Source: Macrostomum hystrix
Taxonomy: Eukaryota > Animalia > Platyhelminthes
Direction of reading: 5' to 3'
Assembly: GCA_950097015.1 (NCBI GenBank)
Contig: CATNEN010000029.1
Location: 6,510,001 to 6,574,000, forward strand
DNA length: 64,000 nucleotides
Position 1 is the first letter of the stretch, and each line of letters opens with the position of its first letter. This document shows, in pieces, positions 24,037-35,925 of this stretch. A program made the translations under genes and the position numbers. Under the pieces are notes generated by a model. The model ran no database searches, was not told the DNA's origin, and saw only the letters and a program-made list of their open reading frames with translations.

Positions 24037-24405
24037 CACAAAACATCGCATCGTTGAGATATTCAACTAATCTAGTCAGGGTGTTTAGTGGCGAACCACC
24101 AATTATATGCGTGATTTTTCAGCTCACATGTGACCACATTTTAATTATTTCACTATTGAACCAATATGGATTCGCCATAAAGGTTTTATACTGTGTAATG
24201 TTAGTTGTCCTTGTCACCAGGGTCTTCGAACAAGAATCGCTGAATATCTCGACGATGCTGACGTCCGATGGCTTTGAAAGTTAGTTTATCGTGAAAGACA
24301 GAAAAATCGGTCATTTGCTTTTGGAGCTATCGTAAAGTAGGCAGTGGGTATTTGAAATACTTCCGTGATCTTTCCCCAGGGGAAAAATAGGGTGGTTTTC
24401 TACTG
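24037..24405. mobile_element. Second, left-truncated copy of the TTAA/CAGTAGAAA MITE, interrupted by the hAT MITE
   Basis: Collinear with about 8665-9050 (gagatattcaac, atggattcgccata, ttagttgtcc, caagaatcgctgaat.tctcgacgat, gcagtgggtatt.gaaata). Right TIR ttttctactg ends at 24405. Confidence 0.82.
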
Positions 24406-24511
24406 TTAGGGCTTCTAGCATTCTGCACTCTGAAATCCAACCGTATCTCAATGTCGCCATCCGAAATTCAATCGAATACCGCAGCTCGTCGCCAGCTCAA
24501 TTAAACAAAAA

Positions 24512-24955
24512 ATGGTGAGCAAAATTATGAAGCCGGGGCGCGTCGTGGTGGTCCTGTCTGGCCGCTACGCCGGCCGGAAGGCATTTATTGTGAGAAATTA
24601 CGAGAAGTCGGGCTCAGAGGACGGCGGCAGCGGAAAGTCCGGCAGCGACAAGCGCAACTATTCCCACTCGCTGGTCGTTGGCGTCGATCGCTACCCGCGC
24701 ACCATCACCAAAAGCATGGGCAAGAAGCGGGCCCTTAAGAAGACCAAGCTAAAGCCATTTATCAAAATCATGAACCACAATCATGTCCTGCCTACCCGCT
24801 ACGTTGTCGATGTGACCTTCGACAGCAAAGTCGTCAATAAGGAGGCATTCAAGGATGCCGCCGCCAAGCGCAAGGCCATGGCCATGGTCAAGGGCCTGGA
24901 AGAGAAGTACAAGGCGGGCCGCAACAAGTGGTTCTTCACTAAGCTGCGCTTCTAA
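24512..24955 (+). CDS. RPL27: 60S ribosomal protein L27 (eL27), intronless CDS with a Gly/Ser-rich insertion
   Basis: MKPGRVVVVLSGRYAGRKA, YSH.LV.GVDRYPR, MGKK, NHVLPTRY and GRNKWFFTKLRF are eL27 signatures. Confidence 0.97.
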   Translation: MVSKIMKPGRVVVVLSGRYAGRKAFIVRNYEKSGSEDGGSGKSGSDKRNYSHSLVVGVDRYPRTITKSMGKKRALKKTKLKPFIKIMNHNHVLPTRYVVDVTFDSKVVNKEAFKDAAAKRKAMAMVKGLEEKYKAGRNKWFFTKLRF

Positions 24956-25189
24956 AGCTAAAATGCAGCTTTGATGCGTTATTTGACTGACTAACATCTC
25001 GGGCAGAGTGTGAAGTGGAGAATTAAACATATGTTCAGACATTAAGATTGGCTGGCCGGCTCGACTGGATTGAAAATCGCTGCCGCTAATCACGGCTGTC
25101 TTTCACTGCCTTCAATAACTTTTTTCGGACCTCGCTGTTTTACAATCGGACTACTAAGCCAATTTTGCCGACCGATCTTATATGCTATT

Positions 25190-25690
25190 GTTTCTGCTGC
25201 ACCCGAAGGCATCTTCTGAAACAAGAATCAAGTCGCCAGCCCCTTAGACCGTCGAGATATTCAACAGTTCTCGCCGAATGGCTGGTTTTTCCCATAGGAA
25301 GAGAGACGAGTACTTTTATTACACCCTATACACGAATTTGCACTGCGCCTTCAGTGCAGCCTTGCCAGGCCTTCAAAATTTATCAGTACGTCATCCGAGT
25401 GTGCCTGCATCGTCTCCGACTTCAATAGCTCCTGCTATAGAGCTTCAGAAAGTGGCACCAGCCGACTATGGACACCCTGATGCAAATTTCTCCCATTTCG
25501 CTGCTCAAGCCTCGGTATTGGTGTACACTCAATCAACTACTACTTGTTGAAGGTCCAGCAGGTCTGAAGGCCTGGCGACTTGATTCTTGTTTCATAAGAT
25601 GCGCAACGAAAATTGGCCCGTGTTCTTGAGTTTCGTGTGCTTGTGTTGCTCCGTTCGGGTGCAGCAAAAATATCTGTCAGGGACATTCCC
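25190..25690. mobile_element. Inverted-repeat (MITE/foldback-like) element, same family as 10185-10600
   Basis: tgctgcacccgaa...tcttctgaaacaagaatcaagtcgccag near the left end is inverted as ctggcgacttgattcttgtttcataaga...ttcgggtgcagca near the right end. Confidence 0.8.
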
Positions 25691-26583
25691 CCCTTGGTAC
25701 CTCCACTGTTAAAAAGAATTCATAAAAATGAAACGAACTGATAGAAGACAACAGTTAACAATGGGATTTCGAATAACAATAACCGATCACTGTAGAGCCA
25801 TCGTTTATTTTAACAGCTATCTATATCTATCCTAATCGAACGAACATTTCCCATGCACTGCCATAAGCAGCATTCGACTATAGATTGTTACGTAATTGAA
25901 ATTAACAAAAATAAAGTGAACAACAAAGCATTAGGAACAGTTCACATTTCAGTAGAGTGCTGCTAAATGTGACAAAATCTTCTTGAGTAGAGGAAGCTAT
26001 TTGAAATTAAGCGTCAAATGTGCATAGATCTGCTGGGGAAAATGCGAATGACTTCTAATTTATGTGATGGAGATTGCAAACAAATTTAATGACTGATAAT
26101 TATACAATTTAATGCAGGAAAGTTATTCACTCAGGCATGGCGGATTGTCAAAAGTTTAAAATAGTCAATCCTGTTGTTAATCTAGCTGAATCTTACTTTC
26201 AGCCCTTCAGCAAGATTTTTTATTCCTATGTGGCCAGAAGCAGTTGGCTGGGAGGTCTCCGCCTACAGCCATGCAGACGCTATGGTTTATTAGACTTGTC
26301 TGAAATACGAATTTTCGGTATACTAAGGAGTAAAATAATGAATCAAATTTCTATATGACCATGAGTGTACAAAACAAAATTTAAGTTAACAATAGAGGCT
26401 CGTTAAAGAAGCCTGCTGAAAGTCTCCCATTAACTTGCGGCTGACGTCATAAAAGAATCATTTAAATATACTTCCATTTTCAACTTGTTTAAGTTTTGCG
26501 TCCTTTTTAAGTAGTCCTTCGTCCGAACCTTATGCCTTGAACCTGCTTGTAATATACTACCTGAGAAAATACCGTGCGGTGAC

Positions 26584-29500
26584 TTACGAAGACTCGCGCC
26601 CGTCTGATCTGGTCAGGCTGATCAACAGCCGCCGCCTTTCCGGTGTCAGCTGCTCCTGGCTCGGAAACGTTCCAACGTCCGACCAAATAGCGCCGCCGTC
26701 GTCGGGGCCGTTCTCGTCAGCCGAGCTGCTGCGTGGCTGCGGCTGCTGCTGCAAAAGCCTCGATCCAGACTCCAGTCGGGCTGCCAGTGGGCTGGAAGCA
26801 TTGGCAGCGGCGGCGATTGCGCCTCGCATGCCGTCCAACTCGCTGCTGCTGTGCGCGCAGTGGAGCGTCGGACGAGTGCGCGCCGCCGGCTCGGAGAGCC
26901 ACCGCTCTGGCTGCGGCGGCTGCTTTGGCGTCGCAGCTGCTGTAGAAGCCGCCGAGTCAAACGAGTGGTGACTGCAGCGTGGACAGGCAGATGCCAAGGT
27001 GGCAGCTGCAGTCGCCTGAGGTTGGTGCTGCTGCTGCAGCAGTTGCAGCTGGTGCACCAGCGCGTCACGGGCTCTCCGGATCCGCTCCAGCCAGTCCTCG
27101 CACTGGCGCTGGTCCTGTGTGGCCAGACACAGCAGGCTGTCGATGCTGCCAAAGTCCGACAGGATGGCAGTTACGAACGAGCCTGTTTTGGGACATTGTT
27201 TGATTTGGCGATTACTGCTGCTGACTGTTTGACATGTCTCTATTTTTATGTTTGTCAGGAATGACACTCACAGCTTCCGTCGCTGAGCCGGTGAGTCACC
27301 AGCTTATCCAGACGAATCGGCTGATCTCAACGGGCGCAGGCTCTGCCGCTTGGAGCCACGGGCTAGCAGCAGCAGGTCCGTGAACAGCAGACACTTGGCA
27401 TCGGTCCACTGTCATGGGAGGGGAAGAGTTAATGGAGTTGGAGGGACTGAATGAATAAGCAAAGACTGCAGTCTTAGTACGCCAGTACAGTTAGCTAATA
27501 GTTTAAAAGCCCCAATTACTTTTCCGCGTTCATCTTTTAGTCGAAGGTCGCCTTCAAAGATCTTCCGCCTCTGCTGGCCATTGTGCTGCATCGGTCGCAG
27601 AAGATTGAGCCGGTAGCGCTCCATTAGGCTGGTGCAGTCCTCGCCGAAGGAGTCTATCGGTCTCCTGCAGCTTGGTGTCCTCTTCCAGCTTGTCGGTCAC
27701 GATGCGCACCTCGTCCTCGTCCGTCTTCTTCTGGTAGCGACTGTTCAGCTGGCTGCAAAACTCTGTCACCTGGCGGATCTGCTGGGTTGATGTTGAACAT
27801 GGCTTGAAGCTTTTAACGCTTTTTGCTTTTAACGCTTCTTGAAGCGTTATATTGCCCACTTCTCGCCATCGTATCAGTACAGGTACAATGTTCCGTTCGC
27901 AGAGCTCACCATCACTTCCAATGCCTCCCTGTCTTCTGGCTCCTCCGTGTGCCTGAGTATCTCCTGCAGCAGCAGGCCGTACTTGGTAATGCGCTGGAAC
28001 GGTGTAGTCAGCAGCGACTTTAGCTGCAGATCCACCGAACCGTCACCGGCGTTATAGTTTCTGGTGCTGAACTTCTGCGCCCACTGCAACGAAACCAAAC
28101 TCGATTTAAGTACGAGTAATTTAGGTGTCTTGCAACATATTCCTACGTCGAATACTCGTAATTTGCCTAACTCGCCGTAACTACGAGTGTTCAAACATGT
28201 TTTAAGAAGTCCTGTATTTTTTGAAAGAACTACTGGGAATGTGATTGCCCAATGCATTAGTCCTTTCACAATATAACGAGCATGTGAGCACCGCTGTTTT
28301 GTAGTATTTTAATCAACTGTAAATGCGAATCTTAAAGTTGTCGCCACATCATTTGGTGACAATGGACCGGAAGCCATCGCGAGGCAATTCTGGCCATTAC
28401 GCTGACTCCTGAACACAAACGTGATATTGATTGTACGCAAGCACACACACAGGTGTGTAAATCCGGCCTGAAATTTATTTGTCCAGCAATGTACGCTTTC
28501 ACTGTGCCTTCTGGGTTGACCCCTAAGTTGGACTACAACCTACCCCATGTCTTCTCTCCGTGGCTGCGCTCCAGAGTAATGTGGCCTCACCGTGGATGTC
28601 AATGTAGATTTTTGGTCGAGAGACGGACGTGTTAACTGTCCTTCCACTATGTAAAATGTAAAATTGTGTCGCTCACCTTTACAAAGTCGGTAAATGCGTC
28701 ATTCTTCTCCTGCAGACGCAGGTACTCTTTGCAGTCGCTGATGCTTAGGCAGTAATCCACGGACGGCTGAAAGACCCTGGCGAAGCCTTCAAAGCCGGAG
28801 CGAAAGTGACGCGGCAGCACCGGACAGCCGCGTTGCCGGGCAGTCAGCAGGGCCGGCTTCAGGTGCTGCGACCACAGGGTGAAGTGAGCCTCAAAAACGG
28901 CCGATAGGCAGGGGAACAGGCGCTGGCCGCTGATGTCTGTGAGTAGGCCGGCGCTGGACTGCAGGTGCTGCAGGACATTCATGTACACCTGGGCCGGGTG
29001 GGTTATTATTCAATTTATTTTCTTTTTGAAGCACTATACTACTTTTGAGTAGAGCACAGGACATTTTTCCTGTTTATTCGAAACAGAAGGATGTCGAAAT
29101 AAAACTAAGACGAGCTTACCTCTATAATTGTCTTCAGGTGTCGCAAAATGTTGAGCTCGGTGTGGCACAGTTCCCAGATGGCGGCTTGCTGTTTCACAAT
29201 TTTCCCAGTCGGAGAGCTCTGTGACGGATTTGAGTAACAATTTTTATTGCCATAGAAAAAACTTAACTTTAACTTTCAAATGTTTCAAATTTTACTCCGA
29301 GCAGTTAAAAGTTACATCTCTCAGAAACTTTCGCTGTAATGTGACACTTGTGTGTAACATCTAGTCACGCGACACTTGACGCTTTCCAATGTGTAGCTGT
29401 ACGTACGTACAGCTGTACAGCTGATAGGATGCAGCACTGCAGAAAAAACATGCGGTAATTTTTGTGAACTTCTGAATTTTAAACAGGCCGAAACTTCGAC

Positions 29501-29693
29501 TCACGCCGGTAGGCTGGAGGTCGTTGCTAGCCTGTTGCCAGGCGATCTGCAGGTCGGCGCTGACTGCCTCCAGCTGTGGATTGTCATGCCTTGGCAGGCT
29601 CTGCTCGCACTGACGCAGCTGGTCTGCCAGGCGCTCTCGACTGTCCTGCTGGATTCGTGAAGCGGGATTGTCAGCCGCCCTTGTTATCGCCAT
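26584..29693 (-). CDS. DH-PH Rho guanine nucleotide exchange factor of the PLEKHG5/6/7 type, with two +1 frameshifts (pseudogene or consensus errors)
   Basis: Exons 29693-29505, 29218-29120, 28988-28677, 28083-27910, 27781-27520, 27408-27272 and 27182-26584. DH motifs KQQAAIWELCHTE and LKSLLTTPFQRITKYGLLLQEILRHT; PH motifs IFEGDLRLK, CLLFTDLLLL and CEDWLERI. Exons 27781-27520 and 27408-27272 are each one base too long for their splice phases. Confidence 0.85.
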
Positions 29694-30285
29694 CGTTTTC
29701 AGTTTAAAGTTTCACTTTTCAGAATTGCATTTAGTCTCATCCCAGGCACTTATCAAACAAGGAATCTCAATTTGGAGTGCATTCTGACTAACTCAGAGCA
29801 TGCCAAGGATATAGAAATTGCAAATATCCTATCACATTCATTGGACTGTACAATGCAAAAAGTGCAAAGCTTTGAACGACAGAAGAACTGTTCTAAGAAA
29901 GTGTGTAAGAGCATGCGTAGTACAGTTGGAGGTATTTGCACAATAGCATAATGCAATTTAATTTGATTAATCGGAGAAAAATATCAATATGGCATACTGA
30001 TCTGCAGAGTGGAGATGAGGTTTGGAGCGAAAGTCCAATAGAGTAGATGAGCACAATATTTATGCTAATTAGTTATTATGTTCTCGCAGTTCCATTATAC
30101 CAGACCCGTTGAGCTGTCAGTTGGAAATGAGGACTTATCAATGAAGCTCGTCTTAACTGCTCCGACTGCGAATCTTCGCAGATCTAATATGGCCGAGAAA
30201 CTGCAGAACCAATGCATGCCAGTTTGCAGTCAGCTGATGTTCTTTTTGGAAATTAGTGTTAAAGCAAATTCACTCGATTATCAGA

Positions 30286-31452
30286 TGCAGTAGACAGCTG
30301 ACACACTTAGTATTCAGGTGGAGTAGACAGCTGACACACTCAATATTCACAAGGAGTAGACAGCTGACACACTCAATATTCAGATGGAGAAGACAGCTGA
30401 CACACTCAATATTCAGATGGAGAAGACAGCTGACACACTCAATATTCACAAGGAGTAGACAGCTGACACACTCAGTATTCACATGGAGTAGACAGCTGAC
30501 ACACTCAATATTCACAAGGAGTAGACAGCTGACACACTCAATATTCACATGGAGTAGACAGCTGACACACTCAATGTTCACAAGGAGTAGACAGCTGACA
30601 CACTCAATATTCACATGGAGTAGACAGCTGACACACTCAATGTTCACAAGGAGTAGACAGCTGACACACTCAATGTTCACAAGGAGTAGACAGCTGACAC
30701 ACTCAATATTCACATGGAGTAGACAGCTGACACACTCAATGTTCACAAGGAGTAGACAGCTGACACACTCAATATTCACAAGGAGTAGACAGCTGACACA
30801 CTCAATATTCACATGGAGTAGACAGCTGACACACTCAATGTTCACAAGGAGTAGACAGCTGACACACTCAATATTCACAAGGAGTAGACAGCTGACACAC
30901 TCAATATTCACATGGAGTAGACAGCTGACACACTCAATGTTCACAAGGAGTAGACAGCTGACACACTCAATGTTCACAAGGAGTAGACAGCTGACACACT
31001 CAATATTCATATGGAGTAGACAGCTGACACACTCAATATTCAGATGGAGTAGACAGCTGACACACTCAATATTCAGATGGAGTAGACAGCTGACACACTC
31101 AATATTCACAAGGAGTAGACAGCTGACACACTCAATATTCATATGGAGTTGACAGCTGACACACTCAATATTCACATGGAGTAGACAGCTGACACACTCA
31201 ATATTCACAAGGAGTAGACAGCTGACACACTCAGTATTCACATGGAGTAGACAGCTGACACACTCAATATTCACAAGGAGTAGACAGCTGACACACTCAA
31301 TATTCATATGGAGTTGACAGCTGACACACTCAGTATTCACAAGGAGTAGACAGCTGACACACTCAATATTCACAAGGAGTAGACAGCTGACACACTCAGT
31401 ATTCACATGGAGTAGACAGCTGACACACTCAATATTCACAAGGAGTAGACAG
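30286..31452. repeat. 36-bp minisatellite (GTAGACAGCTGACACACTCAATATTCACAAGGA.. family), about 32 copies
   Basis: Head-to-tail units with point variants and no spacers. Confidence 0.97.
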
Positions 31453-31768
31453 ATAAGATATTATCAATAATCATATAAAGAAGAGGTAGAAGAGAAAAAG
31501 TAGTACGAATTTCGTTTCAATAGTGAAAGTAAATAGACTTAAATTGAAGATTTTCTGGTGCGATAGACAATAGACAAAATAAGGCGGACAACAGTTCAGT
31601 AGAAAATAACTAAATAAGTAAATAAAAGTAGGCTGGATTTAAATTTAATAGCTGAGTTAGTAAAAAAGTTTAATAAATAGCAATTTATGATGTGCACAGG
31701 ATAGTCAGGGTACTCAGGTTCTTGTTGAGTCTAACTAGGGCACTCAATATGGCTCTGTAACTATTGGT

Positions 31769-32160
31769 TTATAAGCAAACCTCTGAGCAATCGCTGTCCC
31801 TGGCTCCCGGGAACAGCATGGTGAATGAGTTTCGGCGCGGCTTGGCAGCCGATGGCGGCTTCAAACCGGACGAGGACGCCATTTTCTGGTGGCTACCAGC
31901 ACCGATGGTGATTACCTGGTTTGAGTTTGTTAGTCGAATTGGTTTTAAATCTTTTGAATGTATTTCTAATAGATCTTCGAACTCCTGTGCACAGTCGATT
32001 TTGTCTTTAGATATGACAGTTTTTATTAGCTGAAATCTGATGACTGAAGTGATAAAAACATGCAATATGAAAGCAAATGTGAATTTTTAAGGTCTCACCC
32101 CAGCTGAAAGGCGCTTCTCGGTGCGTCGATCTCGGCCCTTCAGTCGGTCGGCATCTCTGT
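31769..32160 (-). CDS. Two candidate coding exons of an unknown protein (..RDADRLKGRDRRTEKRLSAG / LIKTVISKDKIDCAQEFEDLLEIH..CL*)
   Basis: GT-AG boundaries joining in phase 0 and a GC-rich open frame. No family recognised. Confidence 0.35.
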
Positions 32161-34574
32161 CTGCATTGTGGTGTATCGGGGCGGTACGGGTTTCATATTA
32201 AAGAATCTTTATAGGATGCAGCTTCAGTTAAATTATTACTTACAGGTATGGGAAATTGAGGGAATAACATGCAAACCTAGGGGATAAAACTTTTACAGAT
32301 CGCATTTAAACTGGGTGACTAAAATTCGAGACGATCCGGCGCCACCAAAGGGGGTTGAAATTGCTAGTCTAATATACTAAAATAAACTGATTAGTCATAG
32401 TGTATTTCGTCGAAAGTTTTTGTGGACTCAAAAATACTCAGATTAGGTGAAGTGCTAGGTGGAGGTCATCCAGTCATCTGCTTGGTATTTTTTGGCCACT
32501 TAGACATCAGCACCATGAGTCTTGAGCAGTAGATCCGTGATCACGCAATCCAAATGGAGTAGAAACCCCTGGATGCTTAGATTGTGTTTTGCATTTTGTA
32601 GAAGAAAGGTGGAGAGCGGCCCCGGTGCCAAGATTCTGATGCGCAGCTTCAGCTCTCCTCGTCTCCAATTTCCCGCCCATTCCGGCTAAAATCTGTCAAT
32701 CGCCTCTCACCTTTATTTAAACGTTGCGGGTTCACCTGGGGTCAGGGTTTGTTTACTGCAGCTAGATTTCCATGACTTGCAGGTCTGTTGCAATTCAGTG
32801 AAAGAGTGCTCGTATATTCTTCACTCCAGTTATTTTGTGCGAAGGGTCAATGGGTCTCAGGTATTCATTTTTTTATTTTCTAATGAATTGAGCAACAGTG
32901 GAGGAGTGATTAGAAACGGACCTGAGCTGATTGAGCATTCTTCAGCCCGAATCAGTGTTCTTGCCGCTAAATAATGAGTGCGGACTTCAAGTCGAAGAAC
33001 TTGGGGAGTTAAGCGACTGCCCCATGTACGATTTATATTGGCTCTTGAATTATTAAGATCCTGAGAATCCATCGACTGTTTATTTCCTTACCTGAAAACT
33101 ATCAAGTGGGAATGGCCCTATAATATTGCCGTGCAGTGAGCTCCCTCAGCCGTGCCAGGGGCTTCCGCACTGTCTGCCAAGCTATAATCGACTCGCCGAC
33201 GCTCACCACGGCGAGTTGCACTCAAATAGCTGTTTCCGCCTGCTGCTCAGGCCCTTTTAATTTATTCAGTTGAGCTTATCCGAGTGTTAGCTTGAGTTTC
33301 GTTCTCAAGAATCTTAGCTTGAGTTTGTCTCGTAGGCTTTAATTCGTCTTGATCCATGGAGTTAAGAACTTTGTATGGTAAATTGTACCTTTAACAATAT
33401 TGGTTGAGCGTGGTATACAATAGTTGAGAGTGACAGATATTATTTGAGAGTGACAGATACTATTTAAGAGTGACAGATAATTTGACGGACACCGATTATT
33501 TGTGAGTGACAGATTCCATGATAGAAGTAAATTTATTTGCTATGATCTACAGCGCGAGCCGCAACAGTCATTCCACTAGGGAGTGGATGGTCGCTATTAC
33601 CCGACACCAGGTTGACATCCAGTGGACGATTGAAGAACTGCTGTGCAAAGATCTCGGCCACATTCATAGGCACTCCGCTGCCGCCGCCGCCGAGGCTATC
33701 GCCAGCGCCGCTGCTTCCAGGTTGGCAGTCGGTTCCTGTTGGCTTGCTTGAATGCATCCTCAATTCTCTGTTTACCTGCTGTCCTTGGCGCTCACAGATT
33801 CTGAATATTCGCCAGTTTTCTAAACCTCCCCCGCGCTTCAACAGCCTCCGCTCCTCACCCTACCGGTCTCGACCAATCGCCAGCAGTTCTCTCATTCCCA
33901 TCTCCATCACAGCCACCCACTCGGTTCCTTCTGAGAGGAAGATTCATCTAATTTGCCTGCATTTTCTCTCTGGTCTTTGAGTCCGGTTGAGTTCGCGCAT
34001 GCAGCTGTTATTGCACCGTTACTTCCAGTTAATCCTAATTTTCTTTCGCACTCAGATTGCATGTTAATTCTAATAGATTCTTTTGCTACTGATTGCTGAA
34101 ATTCAATCTACTACTTGCAGTGTTCTTCCTCTGAAGATTGAAAAAAATTGTCTCGCTTTCTCTGTGATATTTCAGCGCGCGGGCGTGTTTTTGCATTTGC
34201 CTTAGAATTTAGAGAAAAGTACTTCCTTTTGACAGTTTTTGCGTCACAATACGATGCTGCCTCATCTATAGAGCTGCATTTTTGCGTTACAAATTAGGAA
34301 AAATTGTTTTTTTCATTTTTCCATGCTGCTACGATATCTGATTCAGGCCGCAATGCAGGCGAGTTGTTGCTTTTACCAGATTGTAGCTGTTCCATCTAAT
34401 AAACCCGTTTTCTATTGTTGCCACATGTGCGCGGGGTTTTCAATTGGCCTTTTGTGCGCACCTGGATTTCAAGACTAGCTAGAGCTCTTCATAATATTAC
34501 TCCATTTCTAAACTGTACGAGTTACTACAGTACTTTCCATGCGCGGCATAGGCGTCTGACGTCTCATGTCTCAC

Positions 34575-35925
34575 AGATTGCTTAGCTGCTCAACTATCTA
34601 CCCCACAGGCTGCTCAACTATCTACCCCACAGGCTGCTCAACTATCTACCCTACAGGCTGCTCAACTATCTACCCCACAGGGTGCTCAACTATCTACCCC
34701 ACAGGGTGCTCAACTATCTACCCCACAGGGTGTTCAACTATCTACCCCACAGGCTGCTCAACTATCTACCCCACAGGCTGCTCAACTATCTACCCCACAG
34801 GCTGCTCAACTATCTACCCCACAGGCTGCTCAACTATCTACCCCACAGGCTGCTCAACTATCTACCCCACAGGGTGCTCAACATCTACCCCACAGGGTGC
34901 TCAACTATCTACCCCACAGGGTGCTCAACTATCTACCCCACATGGTGCTCAACATCTACCCCACAGGGTGCTTAACTATCTACCCCACAGGCTGCTCAAC
35001 TATCTACCCCACAGGCTGCTCAACTATCTACCCCACAGGCTGCTCAACTATCTACCCCACAGGCTGCTCAACTATCTACCCCACAGGCTGCTCAACTATC
35101 TACCCCACAGGGTGCTCAACATCTACCCCACAGGGTGCTCAACTATCTACCCCACAGGGTGCTCAACTATCTACCCCACATGGTGCTCAACATCTACCCC
35201 ACAGGGTGCTTAACTATCTACCCCACAGGCTGCTCAACTATCTACCCCACAGGCTGCTCAACTATCTACCCCACAGGCTGCTCAACTATCTACCCCACAG
35301 GCTGCTCAACATCTACCCCACAGGGTGCTCAACTATCTACCCCACAGGGTGCTCAACTATCTACCGCACATGGTGCTCAACATCTACCCCACAGGGTGCT
35401 TAACTATCTACCCCACAGGCTGCTCAACTATCTACCCCACAGGCTGCTCAACTATCTACCCCACAGGCTGCTCAACTATCTACCCCACAGGCTGCTCAAC
35501 TATCTACCCCACAGGCTGCTCAACTATCTACCCCACAGGGTGCTCAACATCTACCCCACAGGGTGCTCAACTATCTACCCCACAGGGTGCTCAACTATCT
35601 ACCCCACATGGTGCTCAACATCTACCCCACAGGGTGCTTAACTATCTACCCCACAGGCTGCTCAACTATCTACCCCACAGGCTGCTCAACTATCTACCCC
35701 ACAGGCTGCTCAACTATCTACCCCACAGGCTGCTCAACTATCTACCCCACAGGCTGCTCAACTATCTACCCCACAGGCTGCTTAACTATCTACCCCACAG
35801 GCTGCTCAACTATCTACCCCACAGGCTGCTTAACTATCTACCCCGCAGGGTGCTCAACTATCTACCCCACAGGCTGCTCAACTATCTACCCCACAGGGTG
35901 CTCAACTATGTACCACACAGGCTGC
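34575..35925. repeat. 24-bp minisatellite (CTCAACTATCTACCCCACAGGCTG)n with 22-bp variants and higher-order blocks
   Basis: Direct reading. Identical ORF starts 238 bp apart (34897/35135 and 35325/35563). Confidence 0.97.

Noticed and set aside
30286-31452. The 36-bp repeat has CRISPR-like repeat length
   Set aside because: Units are head-to-tail with no unique spacers, there are no cas genes, and the context is eukaryotic.
32260-32400. Possible Helitron-like fragment (tatattagactagc on the minus strand)
   Set aside because: No matching 3' hairpin/CTRR end and no second copy were identifiable.
33860-33862. Apparent in-frame TAG in an exon-like island as evidence of pseudogenisation
   Set aside because: The same TAG can serve as the 3' splice acceptor, so it is not informative.
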